Assembly (NCBI GenBank): GCA_965207225.1
Contig: CBDBLV010000005.1
Location: 1,536,001-1,600,000 of the forward strand
DNA: 64,000 bases
Direction: 5' to 3'
Origin: Dehalococcoidia bacterium
GTDB lineage: Bacteria > Chloroflexota > Dehalococcoidia > Plut-88900
Shown here: one piece after another, positions 8,371-18,600 of the stretch
Layout: each line of letters starts with the position of its first letter
How positions within the stretch are numbered: position 1 is the stretch's first letter
Made by a program: the position numbers and the translations under genes
The notes under the pieces: generated by a model
The model's database searches: none
The model's input: only the letters and a program-made list of their open reading frames with translations
Told to the model about the DNA's origin: nothing

Positions 8371-9985
8371 GGACGTCGATGCCTTCGGCCACCCTGTCGG
8401 CAACCCACTTCTCCCGGCGGTCCGGGGCCACGGCGTCGGCCTTCATTACCGCCGTCCGGAACCCGTGCCGGGTGAGGATGTCGCAGGTCCGCCCGGTGAT
8501 GTCCCTAGTGCCCGTGTGGGTCGCGTAGATCAGCACCCTGCGTCCCTCCAGCCGCTCGGCGGCCACCAGGTCAACCAGGGCTTTCTCTTTGGGGTAGAGC
8601 CTCTCCTCCGAGAGCGGCGGCACCGAGACGATTATGTCGCCCGAGCGGGGGTCGAAGACCGTCTCGCCCCTGGTGCACCCCTCCGGGTAGGCCAAGAGTG
8701 TCTGCAGGTAGGTGGCCAGCAGCCGCTTCGAGCCGGACCTGAGCGCTTTGGAGAGCTCCTTGCGCAGCTCTTCGAACACCTTCTTGTAGGCCGTGCGCTG
8801 GGAGTAGCCCGTCGAGTCCTCCTCCGTGTCCATCGATGACAGGAGGATCTGCTCGTCGTAGTCGGGCAGCCCCGAGGCAACGTCCGAGAGCCTGAGGAAC
8901 ACGGTGTTCGCTATGATGTGGAAGAGGGCTGAGGGCAGGAGCCCCGGCCTCTCCCTGACCACCTTGCGGAAATTGCGGCGCCGGCTGTTGCGGCCGTCTT
9001 CGTCGAAGCCGTCGTCGTCCTTGCCGATGGAGTGCTCCTCGAAGCCGTACCGCTTGACCCAGCGGCCCTCCTCGGAGCGGCCGAACTCCGTCCTGATCTC
9101 CGGCGAGAACCGGTAGAGGAGATGAAAGAGCGTCGAGGAGTAGCCTCCCATTAGCGTGCCGGAGAGGCTGAGGGACCTTCCGCAGGAGTCCGCAAGGACA
9201 CCGGCGGCGATGCCCTGGGCCGAGCCCCGGCCCTTGTACTCGTGGACCTCGTCTCCTATCAGCAGGTCGAAGAAGCCCTTCATCCTGTTCTTGACGTAGT
9301 CCGAGAGCGGGTAGCGGGCCGGGCCGGAGTTGTCTGCCTGCCAGAGCGGAGAGCGACAGTCCTCGCAGGTGCGCTTGCGGCGGTTCAGGTCCCTGTAAGT
9401 CAGCGGCACCCCGTCCTTGTCCTCCACCGGTGCGGTGCAGTCGGGACAGCAGGGCACCCGGAAGGGCTCCCCCGTCTCCTCGTCCCGCAGGAGCCTTCCC
9501 CTGGACGTCGCCCACCTGTACAGGACGGCGGCCTTCCAGCGGTAGGAGAGCTTGGCCCGCTCCCGGCTCATCACCGCGAACAGGGGGCCGGAGCCGACCA
9601 CGCGGCGCAGCCGCTCCAGGTCGGTGATGGACCTGACGATGACGGCCTTTGCGCCCGGGACCGTAATCTCCACCTCCCGCTTCCACTTGGGAACGAGATG
9701 CGGCGGGCAGAGTACCAGCACCCGCCGGAACCCCGCCATATGCGCCGCCGCCGTGCCGATGAAGGTCTTGCCGGTGCCCATCTCGCCGACGACGGTGGTG
9801 CCCCGGTGCGCTTTCAATGAGAGGGCCGCACCCCTGATGGCGTCGGCCTGGGCACCCAGGGGAGTGCGGAGCAGCGGGGGCAGCCGGCGGCCGTTCTCCG
9901 AGGGCCGGTAGAGCGGCGGATAGGACTCCACCACCCTCCGGGCGATGGCCTCCTTGTAAGTGTCTATGAACTCTCCGAGGTTCAT
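8270..9985 (-). pseudogene. SF2/SNF2-like helicase of ICE leading region, C-terminally truncated
   Basis: GEMGTGKT, DEVH, LSGT, LVQTGLDL motifs present, but it stops before helicase motif VI. Confidence 0.8.
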
Positions 9986-10217
9986 TTGGGGTCGTCCTCC
10001 TTTCAGGAGGGAGCCCCGGAGCCCCTGGGAGCGCCTGACGGAGGGCACACTTCGCCACCCCTGGACGGAGTGACGAGAGGAGCACCTGAGGCGAACCAGT
10101 TGCGCCATTAGGCGCCCTCTCTTGTCCTTGTGAGGTATTCCGGCAGTGTTGCACTGCCTCATTCGTTTATGAGAGGCCCGATTGGGCAGACCTCTTGGCG
10201 CGACTCGGTTGAGCCGT

Positions 10218-10439
10218 CTACGCTGCTTTCAGGAAAGCCCTGCGAGCTTTCCGCTCGGCGGACTCCCTGCGCCTGGCGCCCTCGTAGCACCTGCCGCTCA
10301 GGTGATACGCCTTCACCGGTGAGGACATCGCCCTGCCGCAGTCATCGATGTCCACCGCCGCGGTCTGCATGGCAGGTTCTCCGGGGAGTATGGGCTGCCC
10401 GCAGCGGCAGCAGGGTTCGAGGACCATGAATTTCTGCAT
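10218..10439 (-). CDS. Small Cys-containing hypothetical protein
   Basis: CCRCGQPI..YHLSGRC; co-oriented with operon. Confidence 0.5.
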   Translation of the reverse strand: MQKFMVLEPCCRCGQPILPGEPAMQTAAVDIDDCGRAMSSPVKAYHLSGRCYEGARRRESAERKARRAFLKAA

Positions 10440-10536
10440 TTTCTTACCTTCCTTTTGCAAGTCTTGAGTGAGTCCGGTTGACCCCGCGTCGGCAGTTGGG
10501 AAACCTTCATGGGGATTCGGCCAACGGAAGGGCCGT

Positions 10537-13500
10537 TCAGGCGGCGATGTCGGTTATCTCGCCGTCGTCCAGGTCCAGAGCAGTGACCGTGGTCTTGACC
10601 CGTTCCCGGTGAACCTCCTTCTGGGGCGTGTCCTCCACGAGGGTCATCTCCTTGGAGGTCCGTCCCTTGACCAGGATGCGCCGGCCACCGGACTCCAGTA
10701 CGAGGTTATCCAGGAACCCGGCGGCCACCAGCATGGCGATGTGGCCCCTGCGCAGCGGCATCAGGGGCCGGGTGCCGGCGTCTCCCCTTGGCCAAAGGGT
10801 GTCGGTTATATCAGTGCTGGCCCACAGCCCCGAGACCCGGGCCTCCCCGGCTGCGGCCAGCGGGTCCACAGTGCGGGTGGCGAAGAGGATGTCCCCCGAG
10901 GGAGTCAATGAGGGAGAGTAGACGGGGTAGTCGTGGCGGTAGAGCTCCTCTGGGGTGCCCTCTGCCCACTCCCTGATCTGCATCTCGGCATGGACGTTCG
11001 GCGTGGGGTCCGACTTCCGGTAAGCCATGAGCACCACCTGGTCGAAGGCATCCCGTTCAGGTGAGGGGAAGGCCCAGCACCGGATGGTGCCGTAGTGGGT
11101 GGAGAGGTAGCGGGCCGATACGGTCAGCCGTGCCCTGGGAACGATGAACACCAGGAGGCCGCCTTCGGCCAGGTAGCGGGTGCACTGGGCGAGGAAGCGT
11201 TGCTCGACCCTGCGCTCATCGCCCGCGTCGAAATCGTAAGGGGGGTTGAGGAACAGCAGGCCGAAGGCCCCGTTGGCCATGGACGCCCCGAACAGGTCCG
11301 AGGCGAGGGCATGGTCGAGCCGGGCAACGGCTTCCTCCGCCCGGTCCCGGTGAAGCTCTACGCCGAAGGTCTCAATGGGCACGGGAACGGACTGGCTGCC
11401 GGTCATGGTCCCGGCGAGGAGGGCCAGCGCCTCCCCGGCCCCGCAGCAGGGGTCGAGGATGCGCAGGGTCCTGCCCAGGCTGTAGTAGGTCGACCTCGGG
11501 GTCTCGATTATGGAGGCGATCATCTCCACCACCCGGTCGGGCGTGGGATAGAATTGAGTAGGAACGGCGCCGCCAATGACCGGATTTCGCCGACGGGTTT
11601 GCGCCATTCCTCTCACCGAACCGGACGTGCCTCTTTCAAGGCATCCGGCTCTCCATTAGACGGTTGGTTGTTGGCTTGGTTGGCTTTCGGCCTTATGGCA
11701 CGTCCGGCAGAGCGTGACCAAGTCTTTGAGCGCGTGGGACTTCATGCCTTTGGTGTGGTGGACTTGGAGAGGACTCCGAGCGCCACACTGCTGGCATCTC
11801 ATCTCGTCGCGCAACTTGGCCTTTAGTTTCCGTTCGGCGAGTGCGAGAGGTTCGCTGCGGCTACGTCTGCCGCTGCTTGCCCCGATGGTCGCCGTGTAGG
11901 TGCGCTCGTCTGGGCCGGTTTCTCCCTGTGGATGGTCGCTTGTTGCCTCTGCGTGGCCGGACAGGTAGGGATGCGGGAATCCCGCGGCCCCTTTCTGAAG
12001 GTAGCGTTGGCGGTCAAGCTCCTGTCGGGTGGGGAGCCATTGGTACGCTTCCAGCTTGTTATCGCCTTCGCGTTCCTCTGCGTACCAGCGGGTTCTGCCG
12101 TGGAGCCGCCTAGTCTTGGCTTTCATGAGTTGTCCCTTGTGGCTACCCTTATGCTTCTTTAGTAGCCAGTTGAGGTAGCGGAACCATGTGAACCGCGTGA
12201 TGTCCTCAACGTCTTGCACAAGGCTGGTGTACCGATAGTATTCGGCCCAGCCCCGCACGATAGCGTTCAGGGTCGTCAGTCGGGTATACTCGTTCATCCA
12301 AGTCCAGTTCCTGGAAGTCAGGGCCTTGAGTTTCCGCTTCACGCGCTCCTTGGCCTTGGCCGTCGGTCGGAGATACACCGCCCACTTTCCTTCGGTCTTC
12401 TTGCGCTGGATGTGGAAACCCAGGAACTGGAAGCCGTCGTTGACGTGGGTGATGACAGTCTTTTCTTCCGATAGCGTTAGGTGGAGTTTGGTCTCCAGAA
12501 ACCGTTGTATGGCCTGCTTGGTCGCTTTAACCTCGGCAATGGGGCCATTGCTGACGACCACGAAGTCGTCGGCGTAGCGCACCATTTTGTAATTGCCGAG
12601 ACCGGCGTACCGTCTCCGGCGTCGAGCGTTCTGGTCGAGATCCCACTGCGCCGCCGCCCACTGGTCAAACTCGTTGAGGTAGACGTTGGCGAGCAGTGGG
12701 GAGATAACCCCTCCCTGTGGCACACCGGATTCGGTGCGAGCGAAGAGGCCCTCTTCCATTACGCCCGATTTCAGGAATTTCCAGATTAAGTCCAGAAGCG
12801 CCCTGTCCTTCAACCGCCTCCGCAACAGCTTCATGAGTGTCCTATGATGGACGGTGTCGAAGTAGCTTTGGAGGTCGCCTTCAATCACGTAGTAGTGTTT
12901 CACGCTGGTGATGAACATGGGCATAAGGACTGCGATAGCGTCCATCGTGCAACGACCTTTGCGGAAGCCGTAGGAGTGCGGATAGAAGTCCGACTCGTAA
13001 ATCGGGTCGAGGATGGCCCGAAGTGCTTCCTGCACGATGCGGTCTCGCAGGGCGGGGATGCCCAGCGGGCGCTTCTTGCCATCGTGCTTGGGTATGTAAA
13101 CTCGCCGGACGGGTTGTGGCTCGTACGTTTTGCGCTTCAGTTGGTTGATGAGGGCCGTCATTTGACCCTCGTAGTCCTTCTTGAACGCATCCCGTGTCTT
13201 GCCGTCCACGCCGTCGGTCTGGCTACCCGGTCGTGCAAGTACCCTTTCGGCCGCCGTGTGCATCCAGCAATCCCAGTGCAACAGGTCGTACAGGTTGGTG
13301 AACCTGTGGTCTGGATGCTCATTGGCCGTCTTTGCCAAGAACCTTTGCTTTTCTGCCATCTTTGTCGGGTTCATACACCCCTCCTCTGGCGTAGTTTGCT
13401 TGTGTTCTGCACTCGTCTAATTGCCCTCCTTCGCCATGTGGCCGGCTTTCCCGACCTCGGACTACTACGAGGGCTCTGCCCCACTTTCGGCATTGGCCGC

Positions 13501-13979
13501 AAGCTAGCCGACCCCGTTGCCGGGGAGCCGAACGTGGTTCCCAAGTTCACGTAGGTTGTGTCTGCATTCCGCCTTAGGCTCTGCCTTTACGCCTGGCACG
13601 GCTCCTTGCCGCGCTCGCCATCGGGGGACGTCCGGTTGTACGGAGTGCGGCGTCCCTGTCCTAATGAACTTTCCCCGCAGTGGTTAGACGGGTATCCGAT
13701 GACTCTGCCCTCGCCCTACCGTGGACGGACAGTCAGCGATTCGACGCTTCAACCAGCAGTTTCTTGTGTAGCCTTAACGGAACTCTGGCTAGGGGTGCAC
13801 AGCTTGGTAGGGTCGCTGTCGCCCCGTTGTCGGGAAGGCTTCAAACACGGTTCTGCTTCGGGTCCCCGTGCCTGCTTCCGTAGCCACCGGCCCACTCCTG
13901 GCCGGGCTCCACATCTGGAACTCTCAACCTATGCGCTTCTTGGCGCACACCCCCCTTTGGCCAGGGCTGCAAGTCTCAT
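10537..13979 (-). CDS. DUF6094-type SAM-dependent DNA methyltransferase, intron-split (exons 13979-13949 and 11552-10537)
   Basis: Spliced product MRLAALAKGGFYPTPDRVVEMIA..; ILDPCCGAGEAL (motif I) and LFLNPPY (motif IV). Confidence 0.9.
11553..13948 (-). mobile_element. Group II intron 1 (IIB-like), full length
   Basis: 5' GTGCGCC at 13948; DV GAGAGCCGGATGCCTTGAAAGAGGCACGTCCGGTTCGG; DVI ending CCTACTCAAT at 11553; DIV stem ATTAGACG/CGTCTAAT. Confidence 0.93.
11656..13374 (-). CDS. ltrA: Group II intron reverse transcriptase/maturase with HNH domain
   Basis: RPLGIPALRDRIVQ, GVPQGGVISPLLAN, RYADDF, C-terminal CQQCG..VHH..LCRTCH. Confidence 0.95.
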   Translation of the reverse strand: MNPTKMAEKQRFLAKTANEHPDHRFTNLYDLLHWDCWMHTAAERVLARPGSQTDGVDGKTRDAFKKDYEGQMTALINQLKRKTYEPQPVRRVYIPKHDGKKRPLGIPALRDRIVQEALRAILDPIYESDFYPHSYGFRKGRCTMDAIAVLMPMFITSVKHYYVIEGDLQSYFDTVHHRTLMKLLRRRLKDRALLDLIWKFLKSGVMEEGLFARTESGVPQGGVISPLLANVYLNEFDQWAAAQWDLDQNARRRRRYAGLGNYKMVRYADDFVVVSNGPIAEVKATKQAIQRFLETKLHLTLSEEKTVITHVNDGFQFLGFHIQRKKTEGKWAVYLRPTAKAKERVKRKLKALTSRNWTWMNEYTRLTTLNAIVRGWAEYYRYTSLVQDVEDITRFTWFRYLNWLLKKHKGSHKGQLMKAKTRRLHGRTRWYAEEREGDNKLEAYQWLPTRQELDRQRYLQKGAAGFPHPYLSGHAEATSDHPQGETGPDERTYTATIGASSGRRSRSEPLALAERKLKAKLRDEMRCQQCGARSPLQVHHTKGMKSHALKDLVTLCRTCHKAESQPSQQPTV

Positions 13980-14382
13980 GTTGAATCTCCTTTCGTGTTG
14001 CGCGGAAGGCTGTCGTGGCCCTGTCAGCCGTCGACGAGTATGCGCAGCACACCCTTCCGCAGATCTGCGTCTAGCTTTGCCCGCTCTTCCGGCCGGAGGG
14101 CGCGTACCCGTCGGGCGCGTGAGACGGACCATGGAGTCATCGCGACTTCACGGTTCGGGTTGCGGGTTCGCATTACCCGGCTCTGGTGGCGGGAGGAGGA
14201 GGCGCGGCCTAAGGCAGCACCTTCGATGCACCCGGGGCCCCTCTTCGCCGAGGAGTGGCCGGATGTCCGTGGTCCTGGGTTCCGATGCTAAGGCGACAGC
14301 CCACAGCATCCGGTGCGCGGACGGGTCGCCGTACCGGGCACCGGGTCCGGGGAGTTTTGTGGTGTTGGGGGCTAAATGGGGG

Positions 14383-14526
14383 CTAGCCGGACTTGCCGAT
14401 GCGGAACATCTTGACCCCGCAGGTCGGACAGACTCCCCGGGTCGCAGGACGGCCGTTTTTCAGGGTGATCTGCTCGGGGTCCTTCATCTCCCGGGATGAT
14501 CGGCACTTCACGCAATATCCTTGCAT
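14383..14526 (-). CDS. DUF5679-like zinc-ribbon small protein
   Basis: MQGYCVKCRSSREMKDPEQITLKNGRPATRGVCPTCGVKMFRIG; GAGG RBS. Confidence 0.85.
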   Translation of the reverse strand: MQGYCVKCRSSREMKDPEQITLKNGRPATRGVCPTCGVKMFRIGKSG

Positions 14527-14728
14527 CTGCTTCCTCTGTAAGCGGGCGGTTTCGGGCCTGTACCGGCCCGTACCGACATTATAGCTGCCGGACGCCCTCA
14601 GGTACCGGCTCTCAGCCCGTGCTCGGCCAAGCCGCTCCGCCGGCCGCCGTGCCGGGAGTTGCGCCATCTCCCGCGTCCGGGAACCGCTGCGGGGGCTCAC
14701 TCAGCCACCGCAGCCTTTCGTCACCCAT

Positions 14729-15004
14729 TCAGGGACCAGCCGCGATAGAAGGCTCCAGCCCGCAGGGACCGTCCAAGCAGCAGCAGTCCACGCTGCCGCC
14801 CACCGACTCCAGGTAGCGCGTCACGCTGAGGGCCTGGAACACCACCTCACCGCCACAGGTGATGCAGTGGTGTACGATGCCCGAACCGGCGTGGACCTCG
14901 CCCTCTGCGGTCATCGCCGAGGGCTGCCCGCGCAGCGGACAGTCGAATTGTAGGGTGCGGCGGTGCATCTTTCTGGTACCGACTTTGTTCTTCGTCATTG
15001 CCAT
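14729..15004 (-). CDS. Small Cys-rich hypothetical protein
   Basis: FDCP..HCITCGG..DCCCLDGPCG; AAGGA RBS. Confidence 0.5.
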   Translation of the reverse strand: MAMTKNKVGTRKMHRRTLQFDCPLRGQPSAMTAEGEVHAGSGIVHHCITCGGEVVFQALSVTRYLESVGGSVDCCCLDGPCGLEPSIAAGP

Positions 15005-15033
15005 TTCCTTTCTGGGCGTCTCCGGTCGGTGTT

Positions 15034-15663
15034 TCAAGCTGTCTCTGCGAGGGCGAGGGTCCCCAGGGCAACGGCGTCGGACAGGTCGGCCCTGAGCTTT
15101 TCCGCATCGGGTGAACAGACCCAGGCCGATATGCCGGAGGCCTGAAGGGGCTTGATCTCGCCGTTTCGCAACCCTCGCCGCCAGAGCCATCTGGCCCAGG
15201 AGTCGTGGAGGGGCACCGGGCTGCGCCGGTCGAGGAACCTATGGTGGAGGGCAGGGGCCTCTTCCTCGGTGCGGGCAAGCAGGAGGAAGTCCTCCCGTTC
15301 GAAGGCGAACTCCGCCATCCGGGTGAATACCAGGGCGTGCCAACCCCCCGTGGTGGGCAGGCGGGCGATCTTGGTCGTCCAGGTCCCGATGGTCTGATAG
15401 GGTACGGAGCAGCGCAGGTAGTCCCCGGTGAGCTCACCTCCGTCCACTCCTCGTATCAGGTGGGCGGGCTCGGGGGGCTGCTTCAGCAGGGACGCCCAGA
15501 TGGCCTTGAGGGCGGTCTGGGAGCCCACCATGGACAGGAACCACAGTTCTTTGTCGTCGGGGTCCCGGGCAAATGCGTCCGCGGTGGCGGAGAATCCGCC
15601 CGCGCTTACCGTATACAACTCTTCGGGATCGACGGCCTCAGGGCCGTTATGGGTAGTGACCAT
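15034..15663 (-). CDS. Hypothetical protein of ICE leading region
   Basis: 209 aa, AAGGA RBS, co-oriented between radC and methyltransferase. Confidence 0.7.
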   Translation of the reverse strand: MVTTHNGPEAVDPEELYTVSAGGFSATADAFARDPDDKELWFLSMVGSQTALKAIWASLLKQPPEPAHLIRGVDGGELTGDYLRCSVPYQTIGTWTTKIARLPTTGGWHALVFTRMAEFAFEREDFLLLARTEEEAPALHHRFLDRRSPVPLHDSWARWLWRRGLRNGEIKPLQASGISAWVCSPDAEKLRADLSDAVALGTLALAETA

Positions 15664-15696
15664 GTTGCAGTCCTTTCTTGTTGTCGATGGACGTCG

Positions 15697-18600
15697 CTAG
15701 ACGGGGAAACAACCTTCCTCCTTCAGGCTGACGAACCCCTCGTGTCCGATGACCACGTGGTCCAGCAGGTCGACGTCCAGCATCTTCGCTGCCAGGTAAA
15801 GGTCCGTGGTGATGGCCCTGTCATGGGCACTGGGCTTGGGGTCGCCGGAGGGGTGGTTGTGGACGAGAACCATGTGGGGGGCCGACTCGGCCACGGCGGG
15901 CCGCAGCACCTCGGCGGGCCTGATGGCCACCGAGTGTAGGGTAGGCCGCCGGCGAGTTACCCCGTATTACCGGAGCACTTTTCCGTCGGCCCCCTTCCGA
16001 ACCGGACGTGCAGCTTTCACCGCATCCGGCTCTCTAGTGTCATGAACGTAGGTAAGAGTGGTCAGCATCGCGCGGCGCCGCGTGGCGCCACGAGGTTTGG
16101 GGCGCAGTAAGGTTGATGGACCTAGCTGCGTGAGGATGTTTTAGGGAAGGGGCATCCAGTAGCTGATGGGAGGGTCTATCAGTTGAACGGGGCAGTGTTC
16201 CTTGGGGTAAAGGTTGTGCCACTGATGTGGTTCGTGGAGCATTGCCCATGCCGCAACAGCGGAGAGGGTGGCGTCCTTTCGGTGACCAGCCAATCCGACG
16301 ATTGCGTGCTCAACCATTTGGGTCGTTGTATCAGACTGCCCCGAACGGTGCAGCAGATGTAGCATGACCGTGGGGTGAGCCTCCGTGATTGGGAAGTTCC
16401 AGATTTCCCGGAGGTGTCTGCCCAGCAGCAAACCCTGTGCCAGGCATGCGCCTGGCAGGCTGTTGATGTGCATGACCGAGTTGGCCATACCGGACGGCTT
16501 CAAGACCTGCTTTAGGTAACTGTCCACTGTCCTTTTCCCTTGCGGGTTCCAGAAAAGTGGAGCGTCGATTCCTGCGGCAAGGACTGGAGGCTGTTGGGTG
16601 GGGTAGTGGCGTTGGAGCGCCGCCTTGACTTGGCGTAGCGTGTCCCAGGCGTTCTTGGCCAAACCTGTTTCCAAGGGTGGGTGCAGCGTACCATTACTGG
16701 TGCTGCATATGCACCAACCAAATTCACCTTGAGACCTGCCTTCCCCACCAGGGTCAAACCCCAGGATGAGTCCATAGGGCTCGGTCATGTCCAACCCCCG
16801 CGTTGTTGTCCGGTATGGAGTGTGTGGATTGTACTATGGAGTGTGTGGATTGTACTATTAGGTTGTGCTGCCTTTACCTACTTGCTTATGCGGTTGCCAA
16901 CTGCCACCGTGGATGATCAGATGGCAAGGGCGACAGACCACGAGGGTCTTGCGCCGTCGTGCCGCCATGACCTGTAACCACTTTGGTTTTGGCCGTTGAC
17001 CTTTCACGTTCAGGTCGTGGAGTGCGCGGATGTGGTGGACTTCAATGTCCGCCGTGGCCTCGCACAGTTCGCATTCGTCCGCTAGGAGCCGTTTGATTAG
17101 CTCGTTGCGTTCCGTCCTGTAACGTTGAGGTTGTCGGTCTACGAGGGTAGCCTGCCTGTTCCGCTTCAGGGGTATGCCACCGAACCGGGCCACGAGTAGG
17201 GGTTTCCCCTCCTCCCGCTGTACTACGACCTCTAGACAAGCACGTCGTCCATGCTCAGTCTGTACGGTGCTGTTATAGCGCCGGAAGATTTTCCGAGCAG
17301 TGGTCTTATGCTTGTTGGCGAGGGTCTTGGCCAGCGATTTGTTCATGACCCATTGCAGCTTTCCGAAGCGGAAGACGTTCTGGGCCAGATGGTAATACTG
17401 GACGACGCCCCGGAATTCCGCTTGATACTGTGCCACGATGCTATAGTCAGTGTCGTGGGTGAGCATAGGGCGGTCAGCCGGTTTGCCGTTTCGCATGTAT
17501 GCGTGGCAATGTTGTTCGATGACTTTGGCGGGAACTCGCAATCCGATGCGACCGTTGACTTTACGTCGTCCGTTACGGTCGAGCTTATCGTTGGCCTGTT
17601 GGTTTACGAGTTCGTAGCCGAGGAACTTAGCCGCCTGGCTGGTGGCGTGGGTTATCAGGGTCTTGTCCTTGGATAGCTCCAACTTGAGCGAGTCGTGCAG
17701 GAACGTTTCCAAGGAGGCCTTTATCTGCTCGGCTTCGGCCTTTGGCCCGGAGAAACCCAGCAAAAAGTCGTCGGCGTAGCGAACGTAGCGAAGGCGCCGG
17801 TAGGTAGGGTCGAAGGGGTCAGTGGATGGCAGGCGTTGCGACTCTCGGCGCAACTGAGCTGCTGCAACGTAATTGCCCTTCTTCCTGGCCTTGATAGCAC
17901 GTACTCGCAGATTGTTCCACGTAAGGTTGACTCTTCGCTTGGTGCCTCGGGTGTGTGCTGGAATTAGCACCGTTTCGGCGTACTTGTCCAACCGGTCTAG
18001 GTAGACATTGGAGAGGATGGGGCTCACCACGCCGCCTTGCGGGGTACCGCTAAGCGTGCGGTTATACTTCCAGTCCTCTGTGTACCCTGCTTTCAGTAGG
18101 TACTTGAGCAGGCGTAAGAATCGGTTGTCGTGGAGTTTCTCGCCGAGTACCGACAACAACACTTCGTGGTCGATGTTGTCAAAGCACCCCTTGATGTCAC
18201 CTTCGACGAACCAGCGGACACCAGTCCAGTGAGTTACCACATCGCCTAGCGCGGTGTGGCAACCCCGTTCGGGCCGAAAGCCGTGGGAGTGGTCGGAAAA
18301 CTGCGGTTCGTAATAGGCTTCCAGAATCATCCGGAGGACCTCTTGAAGCAGCTTGTCCGTCCACGTCGGTATGCCCAAGGGGCGGGTTCCCCCGTTAGGT
18401 TTGGGAAGATTGACCCGTCTGAGCGGCGTCCATCTAAACCGTTCGTAGCGCAAGGCTTCGATGATGCGGTTGACTTTTGCCAGGGACATACTGTCCACGG
18501 TCTCTGCGGTGGTGCCCTTGGTCATCGCCCCCTGGTTTGAGTAGAGACGACCGTAGGCCCGCAGGTACAAGTTCCGGTTGTAAAGCAGCCGATAGATGTT

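Noticed and set aside
6592-10154. Long alternative-frame ORFs (6592-8007, 8571-10154; likewise 2606-3757, 32413-33501, 54583-55644)
   Set aside because: Shadows of real genes in GC-rich DNA, with no motifs and biased composition
11553-11616. ORF-track N-terminus MRGMAQTRRR of the methyltransferase
   Set aside because: It is intron domain VI read in frame; the real start is at 13979
13558-14499. 313-aa plus-strand ORF
   Set aside because: Antisense to intron domain I and the DUF5679-like gene; no protein features
16141-16788. Passenger gene as an IS, twintron or integron cassette
   Set aside because: No transposase, terminal IRs, second DV or convincing attC boxes found around it
16814-16858. 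CRISPR array
   Set aside because: Only two adjacent copies with no spacer; no repeat-spacer array seen anywhere in the window
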